A stretch of 64,000 nt of DNA from Micropruina sp. (GTDB lineage: Bacteria > Actinomycetota > Actinomycetes > Propionibacteriales > Propionibacteriaceae): the NCBI GenBank assembly GCA_016711105.1, contig JADJTO010000033.1:47168-111167 (forward strand), written 5' to 3'. Below the pieces are notes generated by a model that was not told where the DNA came from, made no database searches, and saw only the letters and a program-made list of their open reading frames with translations. Numbering within the stretch: the stretch's first letter is position 1; the number at the start of each line of letters is the position of its first letter. The translations under genes were made by a program, and so were the position numbers. This document shows positions 60,310 to 64,000 of the stretch, piece after piece.

Positions 60310-61341
60310 GTGATCACGCCTACGACGTTCGGGCCGACCGCCCCGCTGGCCGTGGTGGGCGGCCGCTTGGCCACCGGGCTCAGAGACGTCACCAGTGATC
60401 TGACGGCGCTGGACGGGCCCGGCTTCTGGGCCGTGGTGTTGACCTTCGAGGGGGAGGCGACGTGCGCCCGGTTCGATCAGGTGCGTCCGGCGGTTCCCTG
60501 GACGGGAGCACGGTGGCAGGGGCCGCGTCGGGATTCCTGGGTGAGCAGCCTTGATCGAACCGCCTTCGAGGACGGGGTGCGGGAGATCCGCGACGTGATC
60601 GCCGCCGGCGGGGTGTACCAGGTGAACCTGACCCGGCGGCTGAGCGCTCCGGCCTCTCCGGCGATGTCGATTCCCGCGCTGGGAGCTGCCCTGGCGGAGG
60701 GCAACCCGGCCCCGTTCAGCGCGGTCGTCCACCTTCCACAGCACGGTGTCCACGTCGCGTCCGCCTCACCGGAGCTGTTCTTGGCCCGGGTCGGTGATCG
60801 GGTCTGGTCCTCGCCGATCAAGGGCACCGCGGCGACGGCGGAGGGGTTCCTGGCCAAAGACACCGCCGAGAACGTGATGATCGTCGACCTGGTGCGCAAT
60901 GACTTGGGTCGGGTCTGCCGCACCGGGAGTGTGGGAGTGACCAGTCTGCTCGCCACCGAACCCCACCCGGGCCTGTTCCACCTCGTCTCCACCGTCGTTG
61001 GACGGCTTCGCCCCGGGGCCGGCTGGGCGGAGTTGTTGGCCGCCACCTTCCCACCCGGCTCGGTGACCGGGGCCCCCAAACTGGCCGCCGTCGATCAGAT
61101 CAGGCGCCTCGAACCGGTGCCGCGGGGCGTCTATTGCGGTGCCGTCGGCTGGGTGGACGGCGACCGGGCTCAAGGCGAGTTGAACGTCGCCATCCGCACC
61201 TTCTGGATCGCCGAGGAGCACCTGCACCTGGGCGCCGGGGGAGGGATCACCTACGACTCCGACCCGTCCGGGGAGTGGGCCGAAACCGAGTTGAAGGCGG
61301 CGAACCTGTTGCGGGTCGTCTCCTCGTCCGAGGTGCGCTGA
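60310..61341 (+). CDS. Chorismate-binding enzyme (PabB/TrpE-like)
   Basis: YQVNL, SASPELF, PIKGT, ENVMIVDLVRNDL, FPPGSVTGAPK, GAGGGIT. Confidence 0.9.
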   Translation: MITPTTFGPTAPLAVVGGRLATGLRDVTSDLTALDGPGFWAVVLTFEGEATCARFDQVRPAVPWTGARWQGPRRDSWVSSLDRTAFEDGVREIRDVIAAGGVYQVNLTRRLSAPASPAMSIPALGAALAEGNPAPFSAVVHLPQHGVHVASASPELFLARVGDRVWSSPIKGTAATAEGFLAKDTAENVMIVDLVRNDLGRVCRTGSVGVTSLLATEPHPGLFHLVSTVVGRLRPGAGWAELLAATFPPGSVTGAPKLAAVDQIRRLEPVPRGVYCGAVGWVDGDRAQGELNVAIRTFWIAEEHLHLGAGGGITYDSDPSGEWAETELKAANLLRVVSSSEVR

Positions 61342-62126
61342 TGAGTCGGGCCTGGCTGAATGGCCGCTTGGTGGAGGCGGCGGACGCCCAGCTGCGGATC
61401 GACGATGCGGGCTTCATGCTGGGCGACGGCGTGTTCACCACGACGATCGTCCGTGATGGTCGGCCGTTCGCGCTGCGTCGCAATCTGGCGCGCCTGCTTT
61501 CCTCGGCCACCCGGGTCGGAGTTCCCGCCCCCGAGGCGTCAACCTTGGTGGCCGCGGTGGCCGAGTTGCTGGCCGCCGATCAGGTGCAGCGGGCCCGGTT
61601 ACGGATCTCGCTCAGCTCGGGGAGTGCCGGACGTCCGACCGCGGTGGTCAGCCATCACCCGCTGGGGGTGCTGCCGGCCACGGCGTCCGTCGTCACCCTG
61701 CCCTGGCGGCGCAACGCCGACGGGGCTCTGGCCGGGGTGAAGAGCCCGTCGTTCGGGGAGTGGGCGCTCGTGCAACGTCACCTGGCGGCGCTCGGGGTCG
61801 ATGAGGGCCTGTTCGCGACCACCTCCGGGGACCTCTGCGAAGGCGGGGTATCGAACATCTTCCTCGGTGTCGGGGGCCGGTTGGTCACCCCGCCGCTGAG
61901 CTCCGGCTGCCTGCCCGGGGTGACTCGCGCGCTGATCTGCGAGCAGCTGCCGGTGATCGAGCAGGCGCTGCCGATGAGCGTGCTGGCAGGCGCGGAAGAG
62001 GCCTTCCTCACCTCCGCCATCCGCGGCGTGCAGCCGATCTCCCTGATCGACCGACGAGTGCTGGCTCTGGCCCCCGGGCCGCTCACCGTCGCGGCCGCAG
62101 CGGCACTGGCCAGCGTCGACGAATGA
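61341..62126 (+). CDS. Class IV PLP enzyme (4-amino-4-deoxychorismate lyase-like)
   Basis: GDGVFTT, GVKS, EG..SNIF, LPGVTR, EEAFLTS; coupled to the pabB-like gene. Confidence 0.85.
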   Translation: MSRAWLNGRLVEAADAQLRIDDAGFMLGDGVFTTTIVRDGRPFALRRNLARLLSSATRVGVPAPEASTLVAAVAELLAADQVQRARLRISLSSGSAGRPTAVVSHHPLGVLPATASVVTLPWRRNADGALAGVKSPSFGEWALVQRHLAALGVDEGLFATTSGDLCEGGVSNIFLGVGGRLVTPPLSSGCLPGVTRALICEQLPVIEQALPMSVLAGAEEAFLTSAIRGVQPISLIDRRVLALAPGPLTVAAAAALASVDE

Positions 62127-63476
62127 CCGGCCAGGGGTCGCGGCGCCGGCTGGTCGTCGGGTTGCTGCTGTGCGTGGTGGCGATCGCGTTCGAGAACATC
62201 GGCGTGCTCACCGCGATGCCCGCGGCGGCGCGTGACCTGGGCGAGCTCTCGCTGTACGCCTGGGCCTTCACAGCGTTCGTGATCGCCCAACTGTTCTCGA
62301 TCGGCCGGCGGCCGGTGGTGCGACCAGGTCGGTCCGACCGCCCCGCTGATCGGCGGCTTCGTGGTCTTCGCCGCCGGGCTGGCCCTCGGTGGCGCAGCAC
62401 CGACGATGTCGGTGCTGCTCGCGGCGCGCTTCGTCCAGGGGCTGGGTGCCGGGGTGATGAACGTCGCGATCATGGTGCTGGTCGGACGCGTCTACGACGA
62501 GCGGGAGCGCGCCCGGATCATGACCTGGTTCTCCGGTTGCTGGATGCTGCCCGCGTTCGCCGGCCCGGCGGTGGCCGCCTGGGTGGCCCAGACCTTCTCT
62601 TGGCATTGGGTGTTCTGGGGGCTGCTGCCGTTGGTGTTCGTGGCCGGGGTGTTGGTGTTCGTGCCGCTGCGGGCCGTCCGGATGGAAGGGCAACCCTCCG
62701 AGGCTGGCGGCAAGCGGCACCTCGGCTTGGCGGCCGGGGTCGCGGTGGGAGTGGCGCTGATCCAGCTGGCCGGGCAGAACCTGCAGCTGCTCTCCCTGGC
62801 CCAAGCCGGGGTCGGGTTGGTCGCCTTGTGGCTTTGCCTGCCGCCGCTGATGCCGCGCGGATTCTCCTGGATCGGTAGCGGTGTCTCGGCCACGGTGAGC
62901 ACCCGGACGCTCACCGCCGGCGCCTTCTTCGGCGCCGAGGCCTTCATCCCGCTGATGCTCGTCGAAACCCGGCAACTAGGGCTGTTCGAGGCGGGCACCA
63001 CGCTGACCATCGGCTCGCTGGGCTGGATGCTCGGCGCCTGGCTGCAATCCCGTCCGTGGCTGCGGCTGCGCCGGGACACTCTGATCACCCTCGGCGCCGG
63101 TTGCATCGCGGTCGGGTTGGCCTCGGTGGCGCTCGGAGCCTGGTTCGCCGGCGTGTGGTTGGTGGTGCTCGCCCTCGGTTGGACGCTGGCCGGCCTCGGC
63201 ATGGGGTTATCGGTCGCCAGCGGCTCCCTGGTGGTGATGCAGGTCTCGGCCGGCGACGAACTGGGCCGCAACACCTCCGCCCTGCAAGTGGGGGAGGCGT
63301 TGGGTACCAGCCTGTTCGCCGGCCTGGCCGGCACCTGGTTCGCCTACACCCATCAGGACTTTCCCGCTCCGGTCAGTTTCGGCGGCCTGCTCACCGTCAT
63401 GGTGCTGGCCGGAGTGGCCGGCACGATCATGGCGCGCCGGATCGGTCCGGTGCGCAACCATTCGCTGAGCCAGTAA
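62123..63476 (+). CDS. MFS transporter; frame break ~62303
   Basis: IAFE..GV.TAMP, ARFVQGLGAG, SWHWVF; multi-TM. Confidence 0.88.
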
Positions 63477-63513
63477 AGTCGCGATCCCACGATCTCTCGG
63501 TGCGGAGGCTGTC

Positions 63514-64000
63514 ATGGACGAGGTGGATCGCATCCTCGCCGCTTGGCGGGTCGAGGCACCGGACCTCGACACCGAACCGCTGGAGATTCTCTCCCGCGTG
63601 ACCCGGCTGGCTCGGCACCTGGATCTGGCTCGGCGGGACACCTTCGCCCGGCACGAGCTCGACGTCTGGGAGTTCGACGTGCTGGCGGCGCTGCGCCGCG
63701 AAGGCCCGCCTTATGAACTGTCGCCAGGGCGGCTGATCCACCAGACTCTCTCCACCAGTGGCACCATGACCAACCGGATCGACCGGCTGGAGGGCCGTGA
63801 GTTGGTCGAGCGCGATCGCAACCCTGATGATCGCCGCGGCGTCCGGGTTCGACTGACCGCGACCGGACGGGAGCGCGTGGAACGCGCGCTGGCCGACCTG
63901 CTCGCCTACGAACGCGCCGTGCTGGCCGCCCTGGAGGCGTCCGACCGGCGCAGCGTGGCCACGTCACTACGGCGTTTGCTGTCTTTCTTTGAAGACGCCG
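63514..64000 (+). CDS. MarR-family regulator, TamR/PecS (UrtR)-like (3' end beyond window)
   Basis: Translated by hand: MDEVDRILAAW...EFDVLAALRREGPPYELSPG...SGTMTNRIDRLE...DDRR. Confidence 0.88.
   Translation, partial: MDEVDRILAAWRVEAPDLDTEPLEILSRVTRLARHLDLARRDTFARHELDVWEFDVLAALRREGPPYELSPGRLIHQTLSTSGTMTNRIDRLEGRELVERDRNPDDRRGVRVRLTATGRERVERALADLLAYERAVLAALEASDRRSVATSLRRLLSFFEDA

Noticed and set aside
1-64000. tRNA, rRNA, integrase, prophage or RiPP/NRPS cluster
   Set aside because: No cloverleaf, rRNA signature, recombinase, phage structural gene or precursor-plus-modifier set was recognised by eye; a tRNAscan/Rfam run would be needed to exclude small RNAs.

Overview
GC-rich actinobacterial chromosome segment. 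Gene content and order resemble Propionibacteriaceae (inference). It is mostly housekeeping: methylmalonyl-CoA mutase (mutA end, mutB, meaB), a nucleoside uptake/salvage cluster (BMP-ABC, cdd, add, punA, phosphosugar mutase), pit, metG, lpdA, acyl-CoA carboxylase subunits plus birA, purKE, the LCP-manC-whiB-GT2-DUF5719-manB cell-envelope block, aroQ, ahcY, pabB/pabC-like genes, an MFS and a MarR. About 16 reading-frame breaks, mostly in homopolymer runs, point to an unpolished assembly rather than real gene decay. The main accessory stretch is 36.8-41.0 kb. It holds a 383-bp internally deleted IS21-family element with an intact 7-bp target duplication, a perfect 20-bp palindrome, and a DUF222/HNH endonuclease gene. 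That gene has a 13-copy GESSR repeat, a DNA-damage-type promoter and long repeat/hairpin-rich non-coding flanks. A vapBC pair follows. Other notable loci: a 10-Cys small protein upstream of a beta-sandwich protein near cspA, a PxpA/LamB homolog lacking its conserved polar residues, an ECF sigma/anti-sigma pair with a duplicated Cys-containing sensor domain, PHO-box-like repeats upstream of pit, and many apparently leaderless promoters. No rRNA, tRNA or CRISPR array was seen. All family calls come from motif recognition, not database searches.
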